A stretch of 23,022 bases of DNA from Trichinella spiralis (lineage: Eukaryota), in the NCBI RefSeq assembly GCF_000181795.1, contig NW_003526943.1, positions 8,157,792 to 8,180,813 on the forward strand. The letters are read 5' to 3'. The notes under the pieces are model-generated. The model was not told the DNA's origin, did not search any database, and was given only the letters and a program-made list of their open reading frames with translations. Shown here in pieces: positions 1-11,982 of the stretch; positions within the stretch are counted from its first letter, which is position 1; each line of letters opens with the position of its first letter. Position numbers and translations under genes: made by a program.

Positions 1-256
1 AATTTATGATTATTTTAATTTCCACCACTGTTTAGCTATTATTACTGACATTGCATGTTTGATTCGAGATTTATTAAATGGAAGAAATTTTGCTCACTAA
101 TCGACCGACATTTGTAATTGCTAGTTATTGATGCCAGTTGCAAATTTTACTGTTAAAGAAAAAGTTGAATATATTTGATCAAATTTATAGGATAATGTTT
201 TTTTTTCAATTTAATGTGCTTTATGATGAAAAGAAAATAATAATAAATGATTTAAG

Positions 257-3200
257 ATCGACGATCAAGTTTGATAGGGCACAGCATACCAGTGTGGTCT
301 GCTCTGAAAGTTCTTCGACTGCTCGTTTCAGCTGACCGAAACATTGCAGAATATTTGGTTTGGCATTGACTGTTTGGTGATGATTCGAAAAAATATATAT
401 TAAAAAATTTTTTTTTCAGATCAAACATTACGATATCAGCCGATTTCTTTTCAGATATTTAACAGCAGAACCATTGTATGTGTACTTTTTTAGAGGAAAA
501 TTTAAATTAACGATGATTTTGATTAATTTTCTTCTTTTTTTTGATAGAGATTTGGGCGTTCCTTTGGAATTCGCTTTCAAATTAATTGTAGAATCGTATC
601 GTCTATGGCGTGCGTTTGTTTTCTACGGATTGTTCACTTCAGAAGTTGGGTGAGCAGCATTTCAAAATGCTTATGGCATTGTTTCATATTATAGAAGTGT
701 TTGATTTTTTTTCATCATAAATGATTTAATCGTTAGTTTATTTGCACTTGTTTAGAGTGTAATAATTTAGAAAATAAATCTTTTTGAATAATTTTTTAAT
801 TTTTTGTTCAGAAGTTTGAGTGAAGTCTTGTTCACACAAACGAAGCAAGTATGTTCTTTGGACAGTTTGGTGGATTTTAAAAAAGCACATTTCGCTTGTA
901 TACGCGTTCGTTGTATTGTTGCACTGTTGGAAACGTTCTTGATTTATTATCGGTAATTTTAATTTTTAATTTTAATTAAAAAAAATTAAAAGTGAATTAA
1001 TTTTTCAGATCGAAATCGAGCTCAGAAGCGGACAATATTGTTGAAGGTTATTTTAGCCTGTTTGCTGTGGCATTCCAAAATGTTGTCAATCTGATCAGTG
1101 AACATCTTCAGCAAAATTCTGCCACTGTGCACGTGAGCAATGAAAAGCTTATTTATTATAAATTATTCTGGATGAATTTTTTTTCTTTTGTTTTAGCAAA
1201 CGTATATTTTTCTTCTGAATAGTATGGTCAACTTTTGTGCTACTTGTGCTTATTATGATATTCGCGGAGTGGTACGTATTTTTTTTTCTTTATTTTCACA
1301 ATTTTTGAATTTGTTGTTTCAAAAATTGACTTTTTCATTATTAAATTTAGTACGCCGAACGAAATGCGTATTTAGTTTCAATTATTGGAAAATTGAATAA
1401 ACTATTACCGAAACTGTTAAATAAATCACTGACAGAATGGTAAATTTTTCAAAAGAAAAAAATTTATTTTATGATAATATATTTTTAATAAAAATAGGTC
1501 CTTTGTTTTATCATCGAAATCTGGAAAAGAGAATAGCGGCAATAATTCATCGACATCAGGCTTTCTCAGATCGGTTCTCAACAAGCGCACGCAACTTTAC
1601 AAAGTGGTCAACGATGAACAGTGCTCACCATTTATGTTTTTAGCCTCTTTTTGTCGACTGCTTCATTTGTGCAAGATTGATTTCAAACAGCAGGTTTGTT
1701 CACAATTTTATATTTTAATAATAAATTGACAAAATTTCATATTCTTTTTTATTTTTCTAGATTATTGATGACATGTTAAAAAATGAAGTATTGGTGGAAT
1801 ATTTGGCATGTTTGGATGAATGCGTTGAAAAGCGGTTCGAAGAAGTTGGTCATTTTTCTAAATTTGAAACGTACTTTTTGGGATTGTTGTCCATGTTGGT
1901 TGAAGGCCAAGTAAAATTGCTTCTTCTTCTTATTATTATTTATTATTAAGCATTTCATTTTTTTGTCCATTTATTTCAGCATTATACATTGTACAGAATT
2001 GGTTTGCGTTTGCCAGCTATTCTCGATTCTGGAATGGAATATTTCTCTTTTCAACTGGTCAATCAGTTGCTGTAAGTGAATTTGAAATTTTAATTTATTT
2101 TGTTTTTTAAAATAATCAATCAATCATGAATGAATGAATGAATGAATTTCTGATCATTAGTCAACAACATTGGAAAGAAATTTTAAATGATCCTCCACAG
2201 ACGAATGCTTACAATTACAAGCAAATGAACGAGGTGAAAAAAAATATTGTGAACAATTTCGACGAGATGTGTGGCAAAGTGGAATTGTTGAAAATTGCCC
2301 AACATGCGATGCCGGAAATTTTGCACCATTTCCACCAAACTCACGCAACAGCGCTTGCAAAATCCAAGTACAATTATTTTAAATTAATCCTTCGCAATTT
2401 AAGATCATCGGCATGCGAGAAATTTTCCATTTGCAGAGCTTTAGCTTATGCGGTTGGATTATTTTTTGCAAACGACGGGCAGCAGCAGCAACAGTTGGAA
2501 TCGTTGTTGACGTCGTTGTTTGTAAAAAGTGGCAATTCAATTTTTGCCGGACAATTTTGGATGTTGGAACCGTTGCACCAATTGCAAAGCTCGCGTCAAC
2601 TGAGGTTTGCATTTATTTATTTGTTTGTTTATTAAATTTTGTAATTTCGCATTTTTAGCTTGAGCTTCAACGATGAATTGAATGAAATTCAGTTGAACAA
2701 AATCTTCCTCACCGTTATGCTTGCTTATTCAGTTTTAATTTCCACCGGCAATACGGTCGATCCGGGTGAATGTTACTGTCGTCTCAGTGAAATATTTCTT
2801 TTCTGTAATATTATACATTGTATTGTTTGATTGTATAATTTTCAAAAATTTCATTTCCATTCTAATTTAGACAACGCTTTTCGAGAACCGCTCATTTATC
2901 AATATTTGATCGCTTTTCTCAGGGATTATTTCAACTTTTTCGAAAAGATTGATTTTTCCAACCCATTCGATGCAAATCAATCGTTCGCTACATTGTAAGC
3001 TTTGCTTTTTTTGTTTAATATTAATAATATTAATAATTTTTTAAATTGTTTTTCTGTTTTCAGTTATAAGAATTTGCTCGACTTTTACGACGATTATTCA
3101 TACTGTGATCCACTGTTCAGCAATTACATTCTCTTGCCGTTGTTGAAAAGTGACGACAAAGCCGTAGCGATGACATTTTGGGATTTGGATCGTCCAACCG

Positions 3201-3473
3201 CCTCCAACATCACACTGGACAAATTTATGGTTTGTTTTTTATTAATTTAATAATTATTAATATTTTTTATTTTGTTTTTTTTTTCTTTTGTTCATGCAAT
3301 TTCAGTTTGGCATTGAACAAGCGGAAACGTTGCGCTTGAAGTGCGAAGATGCGCAGTTGAAAAACTTGTACGTCAAAGCTGTACGATTGAAGCGTGTCAG
3401 AAAAGCGAAAAATCCCCTACTTTACACAATCATCCGTACCACGTTGGAATCAAAGTCTGCAAATGAATTGTAA
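257..3473 (+). CDS. RPAP1: RNA polymerase II-associated protein 1 (RPAP1/Rba50/IYO family), 5'-partial, 15 exons visible
   Basis: Phase-consistent GT-AG exons: 257-357, 420-475, 548-649, 812-952, 1009-1132, 1197-1271, 1351-1439, 1498-1693, 1761-1910, 1980-2071, 2161-2604, 2659-2804, 2871-2994, 3064-3229, 3306-3473 (TAA). Spliced product has RPAP1-like motifs in the expected order: PVWSALKVLRLLVSADRNIAEYL, LIVESYRLWRAFVFYG, SPFMFLASFCRLL, YCRLSEIFL..NAFREP, YKNLLDFYDDYSYCDPLFSNYILLPL, LYVKAV..NPLLY. The start lies upstream of 257 and was not resolved. Confidence 0.85.
2127..2146. repeat. (TGAA)5 microsatellite in RPAP1 intron
   Basis: tgaatgaatgaatgaatgaa seen directly. Confidence 0.8.
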
Positions 3474-3510
3474 GTTTTTACAAATTATTTAAATTTATTA
3501 TTACCATTAT

Positions 3511-3534
3511 TTGTTGTTGTTGTTGTTGTTGTTG
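3511..3534. repeat. (TTG)8 microsatellite in the RPAP1 3' region
   Basis: Perfect ttg tandem run seen directly. Confidence 0.9.
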
Positions 3535-3863
3535 TATTTGATGTGTAAATTTTGTACAATAAGACGAAAAGAAAATCATAATATCAAATTCAAAATTTGA
3601 CATAATAACTTACAAATGAAATGTTACTGTTTGACAGTCCAGTCGAATTGTACAACTAACTATTTGTAAATCATCAAGGTCAGTCAGGTGAAATTGACGT
3701 CTTCATTGATGGAATAATTCATTGATATGCATTCATTAGAAATGTAACATTTGTTGAATGGTGAATATTCATCTTAAATCAGATTTAAATTAAGTTGTAA
3801 TTAAGTTTTTTTGTATAATGCTTGGATGATTTGGAAAAATCATTTGTATTATCATGGAAGTGT

Positions 3864-3942
3864 ATCATCATCATCATCATCAACTATTGCATCAGTTGAA
3901 TCATCATCGTTGTTGTTGTTGTTGTATCATGAGTGATGATGA
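3864..3942. repeat. Compound trinucleotide low-complexity tract (CAT)n/(GTT)n/(GAT)n
   Basis: atcatcatcatcatcatc ... gttgttgttgttgt ... gatgatga. Confidence 0.75.
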
Positions 3943-4544
3943 ATGTATCAGTTTGAAAATTAAGAATGCAACAAAAAATAAAAATAAAATAAATTTTTCT
4001 CTCAACTTTCTGGAATTAATCAGCATTTTGTTTTTCTTCAATATTTTATTATTTATCGTATGTGATTCAATTGACGAAGAATTGGGCAAAAGCATTGATA
4101 TATTCATTAAAAAATTCTACATTTTTCACGAGCTTTGAACTTTGAAAAGCAATAATAGCACAAAACGTTTCGTTGAAATGATTTTCCATGCCATTCTGTA
4201 TTTTTTGAATGGCAATTTTCTGATTTGAATATGATGAGAAGGTTAGAAAAAGCGATCAATTGTCTGGTGTATTTCGGTTGTGAATTTTTGAAAATTGGAG
4301 GAAATTCAGGTTAATTTTGCAAATTTTATTATTTTTCAAAAGAGTTTCAAGTTTGTAAAACATGAACGAATGAACTTTGGCAATGGAAATTTTTACGAGG
4401 GAACGTTTTTTTATTTTGAAGAGATACAGTTTTGTAGGTAACAAAAAAAATAAGTGCAGAATGAAAATGAAGAATATGGAGTTTTTTTTTCTGTTGCTGT
4501 TGTCGAAACTGGTAATTTTAATTGTGAATAAATTAATCGACTGA

Positions 4545-4708
4545 TCATTGGATGTTTGGAATTGGTGTGCACGTGGGTGGGGAAATGTTCCTTTTGTCGT
4601 GCGTGGAAAAAGATGAATCATTCGCCCAGTTAGTTCTTAACTGACCAATCACATTCGTCGGCCGATATTGTATTTAAATAGATCATTCTTGTGCTTTGGT
4701 GATCAGTT
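4545..4708 (+). promoter_or_regulatory. Putative proximal promoter of the metallothionein-like gene
   Basis: MRE core TGCRCNC on the minus strand (GTGTGCA 4565-4571) overlapping E-box CACGTG (4570-4575); CCAAT/ATTGG boxes (about 4547, 4561, 4645); TATTTAAA at 4671; Inr-like TCAGTT at 4703-4708, about 30 nt downstream; ATG at 4793. Confidence 0.5.
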
Positions 4709-4792
4709 TGTGCGGAATCTGAGATTGAATTCACTTGCATTCACTCAGTTAGTCTATTTCTAATTTTCCTATTTCTGAATTGAAATTTTCAA

Positions 4793-5465
4793 ATGGATCC
4801 AAAAGTGAATGATGGTAGCAACAATGACAGCAGCAGTACTGCGACCACTGCTGCTGCTACTGCTACTGCTACTAAGCCGCAAGAAGTTCAGAAGAAATGT
4901 TCCTGTGGTTGCGCAGAGGGCAAAGAGGTATGCAGAGTTTTTCATCATTTTTTTTTACAATAATAGTAATTTAATTATCTTTTGTGATCAAATTGAAAAC
5001 AATTGACCATCATGTCGATTTGAATTTTCTTTCCAATGGTCTTTTGACAAAAATTTCATTTTTTGTAAACTTTCATATTCCTATTTAGAAAGCTCAATTG
5101 TGATGATTATCAATACGAAATGGGGTAGATGAAATTTTCATTTGGACAGAATTGTCGTTGATTCAACAGTTCAATTTAGCTTTTTTGAATGGTATTTGAA
5201 AATCGCGTTCAATTTTGTCGGTTAAATGATTTCTCGACCGGCATGACCAACGGTCGTACAATGCTTGTGATCACTGACCATTTTCGTCATTCTGACCTTT
5301 CAACTTTTCACATTTTTACACAACAACTCTCTTCACAACGCTGAATTTATTCAAATTTCTATAAGGCAATTTTTTTTCAATTTAAATTTTAAAGAAATTT
5401 AATTTTTCTCATTTCTTCTAACAATCACCACCGGTTTATTGATGATGATTTATTATTGCAACACC

Positions 5466-5497
<32 letters not shown>

Positions 5498-5925
5498 CAA
5501 CAAGTGTTTTGTTAAAAAGTACAAAAAAGAAATGTGCGTATGACAAGCATATTATTACAAAAGTAAGAGGGAAAATGCAAGTCAAGGTCTTACGAGCGAG
5601 AAAACGCAAATTATTATTCATATTTTATGAAATAATTTTTCTCGGTGCTTCAAATTTTGAATTAATACGAGCAAATAAATAATGTTTACTTTTTTCAATT
5701 ATTTATTGTTAACAATGCACTAATTGAATCGATTGTTGAATAGGTGAGAAAATTGGTGCTTTCACAGCGTCCAGCAATATTTCATTCAATCTTATGCAAA
5801 ATAGTTGTTCTTGTTTTTTTTTTGAATAAACTCTTTCTTTTTTTCAGTGCCACTGCACAGCAGAATGCGAATGCCGAAAAGGTGACGAAGCTTGCCAGTG
5901 TGTTGCCACCGCTATCCAACAATGA
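4793..5925 (+). CDS. Metallothionein-like small Cys-rich protein (70 aa, 9 Cys), two exons
   Basis: Exon 1 4793-4927 (GAG|gtatgc) and exon 2 5848-5925 (ttttcag|TGC...TGA) join in phase 0 to give MDPKVNDGSNNDSSSTATTAAATATATKPQEVQKKCSCGCAEGKECHCTAECECRKGDEACQCVATAIQQ*. All Cys are in CxC motifs; no aromatic residues; no signal peptide; AATAAA at 6096-6101. Confidence 0.8.
5459..5503. repeat. Compound (CAC)n(CAA)n microsatellite in the metallothionein intron
   Basis: caccaccaccaccaccacc aacaacaacaacaacaacaacaa seen directly. Confidence 0.85.
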
Positions 5926-7001
5926 ACAATGATATACCTTTTTAAATGATGTGAAATTTTTTGATGGGAACTTGAAAATTATTTTCCATTTCCAATATAT
6001 CTATATATCGTCTTTTTTAATTATATTTATCAATTGTCAATGATAAAATATTTACTTTTCTCCGTATGAGAATTATTTACTGATCGTGCGAATGCAATAA
6101 AGGGAAGTTTCTTTGTTGAACTTGATTGTTTTTTGTTAACAACAGAGAAAATCAACTTTAAACTATAATTGGCAATTGTTATGTATCGTTGTTCATTTGA
6201 GAGTTTTTTTTATTCATGAAATTGATCAACTCACTTTTATTTATGAGAAATTTACATAAAGTCGTATTTATCAATTAGTCCTTTTATTATGCATTATCAT
6301 CATCATTAGTATTAATTGATAGCAAGATTTTCAATGTACTTGATTTTATTTATATTTTTGTAGTTATTGATTGAATTTCTCCTTCAGAATAGTATTATTT
6401 GCCTATCTATCAGTTGACAATTTAATTTCAAAACAATATGAATTGAACTACTTCCAGTAAAGTGAAATGTAACATTCATTAAAATCGATTTATAATTATT
6501 ACTAATTACTAATTATTTTCAAAAATTGTACGTAATATTGCAATTTGTGTGTACAGCGAAGTAAAGATTTGTCGTTATTTTATGTGAAATTAATTTGTGC
6601 AGTCATAAAAATGGATGTATAAATATTTTAATTTAATCAAAAAAGTTGTTTTTTATCTGAAATTTTAAAACTTTTTCGTCCGTTTAGAAAATGAGATTTC
6701 ATTTGATCAACTTCTCTATTAAATTCAACATCGTAAAAACACGTGAGCGCGTGATCTTTCATTTAATAATTGAATGTTTGCACTTGGTTGAAATCCGATT
6801 GTAACATTTATTCAATGTCACGTGTCATATATTCAATATTTACTGTCAACAAACAAAAATCATGGATTATTTTTAAAAATAAAAATAATAATAATAATTG
6901 TTGTTGTTAATCTAGACAAAGGATAATCACGGCGATTGAAAAGTTGAAATTTCTACTACACAACTAAAAGCACGAATTGAATTTCAAAATTCTGGCTTCG
7001 T

Positions 7002-8978
7002 TCATTTTCCAAACGGCAAGTAATTTTTCACTGTCGTGGCAACGTCTATGAATGGAAAAATTATTCTCAGAATTAGAATAACAGAGAAGCAGTTTTCAAC
7101 GAAATTACCAGTGACTGCGGTTTTCGCTTTACCGATAAATTCATTCACTTGTCCCATCAATCCTGAAATGAAAAACCAATTTATTAATTTACAAATATCT
7201 AGTGGAACATTTGAAAATTATTTTCTTCAAATTGTAAAGCAAAACAGCCTCTCATCGACAATCAGATTTGATTGAAAGTTTGTAAAATTACAATGAATAA
7301 ATAAATAATAGATTTTCTTTTGCAGAATTCAAATCTGTCACCTACTGTAGTGTTTAGATTTTTCTGAAAAGTTGAAATTAGAATTTATTTAAATAATTTT
7401 CCATTCTCTGTCAATACCTTCTTCTGCTTCTTCGCTGTCTTTCGCTAGCTGTTCAGGTGATTTGTGAAAGCCGGAACCAATACGTCCATAGCCGTCGAGC
7501 TCTGCTGTCGGCATCAATGGATCTTTCTTCTGTATACCGTACTGCAACAACAAGTAATTCGAATAATTTGCATACAAATACACACGAGCGAGTTCACTTT
7601 TTCACGAATATCTTTTCTCATTTTTTCACGTTCCCTTTCCATTTTTCTGTGCTTCTCTTGACGACGTTCTTCCGCTTCGAGACGTGCTTGAATCACTTCA
7701 GGATCTTCTCCGCTTTCGGTTTTCGCTTCACCACCTCCATCTCCGGTCAGCTTGTCCAAGCCACCTTGTAAAAGTTTTTTAATTTTACTTTTAAATTTTG
7801 CGCAATTTTTATCATTGAAGAACAAACAACATTTTATTTATTCTATGAAATAGTGGAAAATTAATTTAATGATGACACGGCTTATTTTCAATTGTGAAAT
7901 TGAATTCACAATGATGCAATTCTTTGCAGCCGATGGGTGTTCAATTTTGCATAATATTCACAAGTGGAGACGATATAAACTGTCACAGATGGATCATCGA
8001 TCTTTCATTGATGCATTCATTGTTCAATTTCATCCGCATGAGATGTTCAAGAATTGGAAAGGAGAAAATGAACAACACCTCAAACATTTGCCAAACAGCA
8101 GCTTTCTATTTATCGCTTCCATTGTCTTGACGCAATCGATACACGTGTATCAAATGAATGCCTATTTTCTGCTGTTGTATGTATTGCAAACATTATTTAT
8201 ATTGCAGAGGGAATTTTCGAAAAGAGAAAATGTAAATTTATTAACAACCGATGAAGATATCATTAAAAGCGTTTTGTTGGAAAGTTGTTTTCAAGCAAAA
8301 AATATCTGCTTGTTATTCGTAAATTTTGAAATAATACTTTTTCTCACCAATCACTGTAAACTTATGCATAATAATGAAAAATGCACGCGTTAAGAAACAT
8401 TTCAATTTTACGGCAACCGTTCAGCTTGGATATTTTAAATTATTATTTTACAAAATGAAAGAAGAATATTGTTTGAAATATATTTCCTAAAGAAATAATA
8501 CTATTGCATTGGTTTGCACTATTCCTTCGAGAATGTACGCTAGCATGCAGCTTGTTTTGATTGAAACTCACTCAACAATTCTTGTATTGATTTTCAAAAT
8601 TCACTGTTGAAGAAGATGAGAAATTTTCAATCAATATGAACTTTTTGATCATTGAATAAATCTCGATTTTGGTTTAAATTTGGAATTTAAATCTTCATTT
8701 GATAAAACTGAAAACAAAATAAAAATACTTGCATTGTAAATTATGGAATAAGTTTCATGATGGAATTGGGCGTTCTTTTTCTTGCATTGATTACACTGCT
8801 GCTATTGGTCAGTAATGAATATTTCATTTCAGATTAATTTTTCGTTTAAAATTATATCATCTGTATTTCTTGAAAGTTGAAGAACAAAAATAAAAGGAAG
8901 GAAACAGAAATGTGAACATTTACCTTTGATATCGTTCAGCTTATCACCCATTACTTGTTTCATAATAAATCCGGCCAT
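7002..8978 (-). CDS. cpx-1: Complexin (synaphin), 147 aa, 5 exons
   Basis: Minus-strand exons 8978-8924, 7764-7598, 7541-7418, 7162-7109, 7045-7002 give MAGFIMKQVMGDKLNDIKGGLDKLTGDGGGEAKTESGEDPEVIQARLEAEERRQEKHRKMEREREKMRKDIREKYGIQKK...KSPEQLA...GLMGQVNEFIGKAKTAVTDVATTVKNYLPFGK*. Contains the complexin N-terminal MxFxMKQ motif, the central helix (EREKMRxxIRxKY) and the nematode PFGK C-terminus as in C. elegans CPX-1. Confidence 0.95.
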
Positions 8979-9195
8979 GTTGACCAATTGCAATTTGCAG
9001 AGTTAGCTAAAATTGAAATCACAAACTGTAACAGCACACCAACAACTGTTTTTCAAAAATAAACCACAGATTTATTTAAATTTTGAAGGTATAAAAAAGT
9101 AAAGAGAATTTTTTGAAATTAGAAGATGTTGAAATGTGACTATGGATTCGGCTGAATTGTCACTGCTTGAATGCGAGGAGAAGTGAAAAATACGG

Positions 9196-9203
9196 TGACG
9201 TCA
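9196..9203. promoter_or_regulatory. Palindromic CRE (TGACGTCA) upstream of complexin
   Basis: Perfect 8-bp CRE about 220 nt upstream of the complexin ATG, in a locally GC-richer segment; function is inferred. Confidence 0.4.
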
Positions 9204-11982
9204 GTAATAAGCTTTGCCTAATTGTAGCAGCCGTTGCCAATATTGTCGTTCATTGATTCTCAAGAAGAGCTTCACGTTTGAATAGTCGGCATAAAGCTTG
9301 CACATGAATAATGACAGTATGCTGAAATTTTTTGATTGAATTTATTCTTCTGCAAATGCTCGATCACTGCAGACATACTGTGTGAACAAACTTTCGAACA
9401 AGAAAAAAATATCGCTTCTGGTGAATGTAATTCTTTCTTTCTTATTTTTTGTTGTTCAATCAATATTAAATTCACTTTTTATTGATTAATTGCAATTGCA
9501 TCTATTCGCTTTAAACCCAATCAATTTCCACTGCAAACAACTTGCAACCGATGCATACACATCAAAAGCATTACGTTAATGTTTTCTTCATTGAAGGTTT
9601 TGTAGAAATGCAATAAAAATAAATTGAAGCTGTTCAGCAGCCTAACAAACACTTCAAATTCAAATGATCATTCATTTGCATAGCAGAAAAATGCTCTTCT
9701 CAATTTACGTTTTATACAATTTCTTTGTAATTTAATTGCAAATATCTTGCAAGGAAAAGGTCACCTTTTTGTTCCACGTATTCACTTTCAAACATTCATC
9801 AGTACCTTCTTATAATAATTTACATATTTGCATATGCACATTAAACAATGTGAATTACCTCGATTTTTTCTGAATCACTAATTTCAGTTTCATGAAATAT
9901 TTGTTTCAAATTATTTCCTCTTTTTAATTGGATTGCACGTTGAAAATTTTCCAATTAAACCATATTCAAACTGCTATTTATCACCGTTGCATCATCAGTC
10001 AGTATGTTAATTAACGACGAATGTACAATATTGACATTTTACAGTAAAATCCATCTCAAGTTATATCATTGAATATTTTACCAAATGGAAATGGCAAGAA
10101 AAACTAACACCATAAAAAAGGTTTGCATTGCTCTATGCTACACGTGTAAAGCTCATTGTTTGATAAATTTATGTATCATTTATGTGCATTGTTGTTCATT
10201 TAATACTTTATAATAAAAATTATATATTGCGATGCGATTATTATTATGGAATTATTGAAATTTGGTGTAAAGTCTATTTGACAATTTTGGCAATGATAAA
10301 ATTTTTCTTCAAGCACTAGCACCAACAAAATCTACTACAATAATTTTCAAAAAAATTCTTTTTAAAAGCTACACAACAAAATTCATCTTATATTATTGCA
10401 ATATTTCATGGAATTTCATTGACTGTAAATATATTAGTTTATATTAGTTCTTAGAATAATATGTGTAATTCATGATATTTAAGTATAAATAATATATTAG
10501 CTCATTAAAGTAAATAAGTTAATCTATCTGAAAAATGAGTTTTTTGTTTTGATGACTTCAAATGCTTGTCAGTTAGTTTAATTAAAGTAGTTGATTCATT
10601 TTTTTAAATGGCATTATTCAATTTCAAAATGTTCTGATAAAGTATAATTGTAAAATTTAATGCGAGAAATTTTTAAAGAAATTTTAAAAATGTCGTACAT
10701 AAAAATTTTACTTTCAAACTATAAATTATAGAAAAATGTTTTTAAATACCATTTAGCATGTGACTTTCTAAAAGCAAACTTGTGTGAGCACAGAAATTAG
10801 GCATCTAAAAAATCATCCTTTTTTTGTTTTTACCAAAAACACTGCGACATTTTGACTTTTTAACCTTTCTTTGCCAACCTCTGTATGATGAAACGTTGAA
10901 CAAGCATGTTAACCTTGTAACCTCTTTAACTTAATATCAGCTTTTGAAACATACAAAAGTCAATTTAAAATTAAATAACATTAATGACTTGCACTACCAT
11001 GCTTTTTTTGATCACCAAACTACCCACACAAATAACTGTACTTCACATTAATTAAAGATAATGTTAAGTGAAAATGTAAAATAAAACCTATTCATTTATG
11101 AGATGGCGCATTTTAAAATTTAAAACATTCAAAAAATTCACATAGAAATCAATGAAACTCAGCAAACATTCTCAAATTTTAATTTTAAGCAAATATCCAA
11201 TTCAATGATAAGCAGCTTATAAATTAAACTGAACAGAAACCAAAATCAACAAATTATCATAAAATAAAATTCCAATTAACAACCCATCATTGTTGAACAT
11301 TTAATGCATATATTAATGCGTAAAATAAAATAAATTACAAACAATACAGTCTACTATAAAAATAAGTAGGTACATTTGATCATTTTCAAATATTTTCAAT
11401 TTATTCAGATGGTCGTATTTGTATTAAAAACGAAATAAAATTTTAATTTTTTTTCTTTGTTGCAATTTCGTAATTAATTTTGAAATAAAAATTTAAAAAG
11501 GTTGAATTAAAATTGATTCAAAAATATGTTTGTTCAATTTTCACTCTCAATTTGCAGATCATTACAAAGTAACAAATAAGCTTTATTGAAGTGATTGATT
11601 TATTGTAAAAAAAGTAAAAAATGAAAAAATTGTTTAATAAAAAAGAGGAATGCAAACATTTTGAGAAAATAAAGCAGAGTTGTTTTGTAAGAATTTGAAT
11701 TGTCAGCTTTGTTTTCAGCAGTTGCCGCGAGTTGAACAAAGGATCATTGCCCTTTGTGAAGCCAATCGGAAGTGGAAAGCTGGCCTAATTGCGTAACATT
11801 CGTTCATGGGCCAATGACACCGCCAAAATGCAGGGGTTTGGAGAGCCACGCCTGTTGAATTTAGGTAACCAGGTCTCGGTGTGGTGCGAAGAAATGAGTT
11901 GATCAGTTGAAGAGGAGTTTTACTTCTCATCAGACTTTGAAACGCTTCTGTTGCTTTTCGGTGCGAAGTCAAGCTTTGCAAT

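Noticed and set aside
3854..4138. ORF with poly-His and poly-Cys (HHHHH...CCCCC) next to the metallothionein gene
   Set aside because: The runs are translations of (CAT)n and (GTT)n microsatellites; the rest is AT-rich intergenic-like sequence with no splice support
4809..5006. Poly-Leu signal-peptide-like ORF
   Set aside because: Alternative frame of metallothionein exon 1 (CTG/CTA repeats) running into the intron
7226..7256. Minus-strand DERLFCFTI* resembling a CAAX alternative C-terminus for complexin
   Set aside because: No acceptor was found that joins it in frame to the phase-1 exon 3 donor, and CFTI is a poor CAAX
7869..8393. 174-aa plus-strand ORF inside complexin intron 1
   Set aside because: F/I/L/N-rich composition typical of AT-rich noncoding DNA and no recognisable domain
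11712..11982. ttttcag at a sharp AT-to-GC boundary suggesting a long 5'UTR exon
   Set aside because: Several out-of-frame ATGs follow, so a promoter segment is the more likely reading
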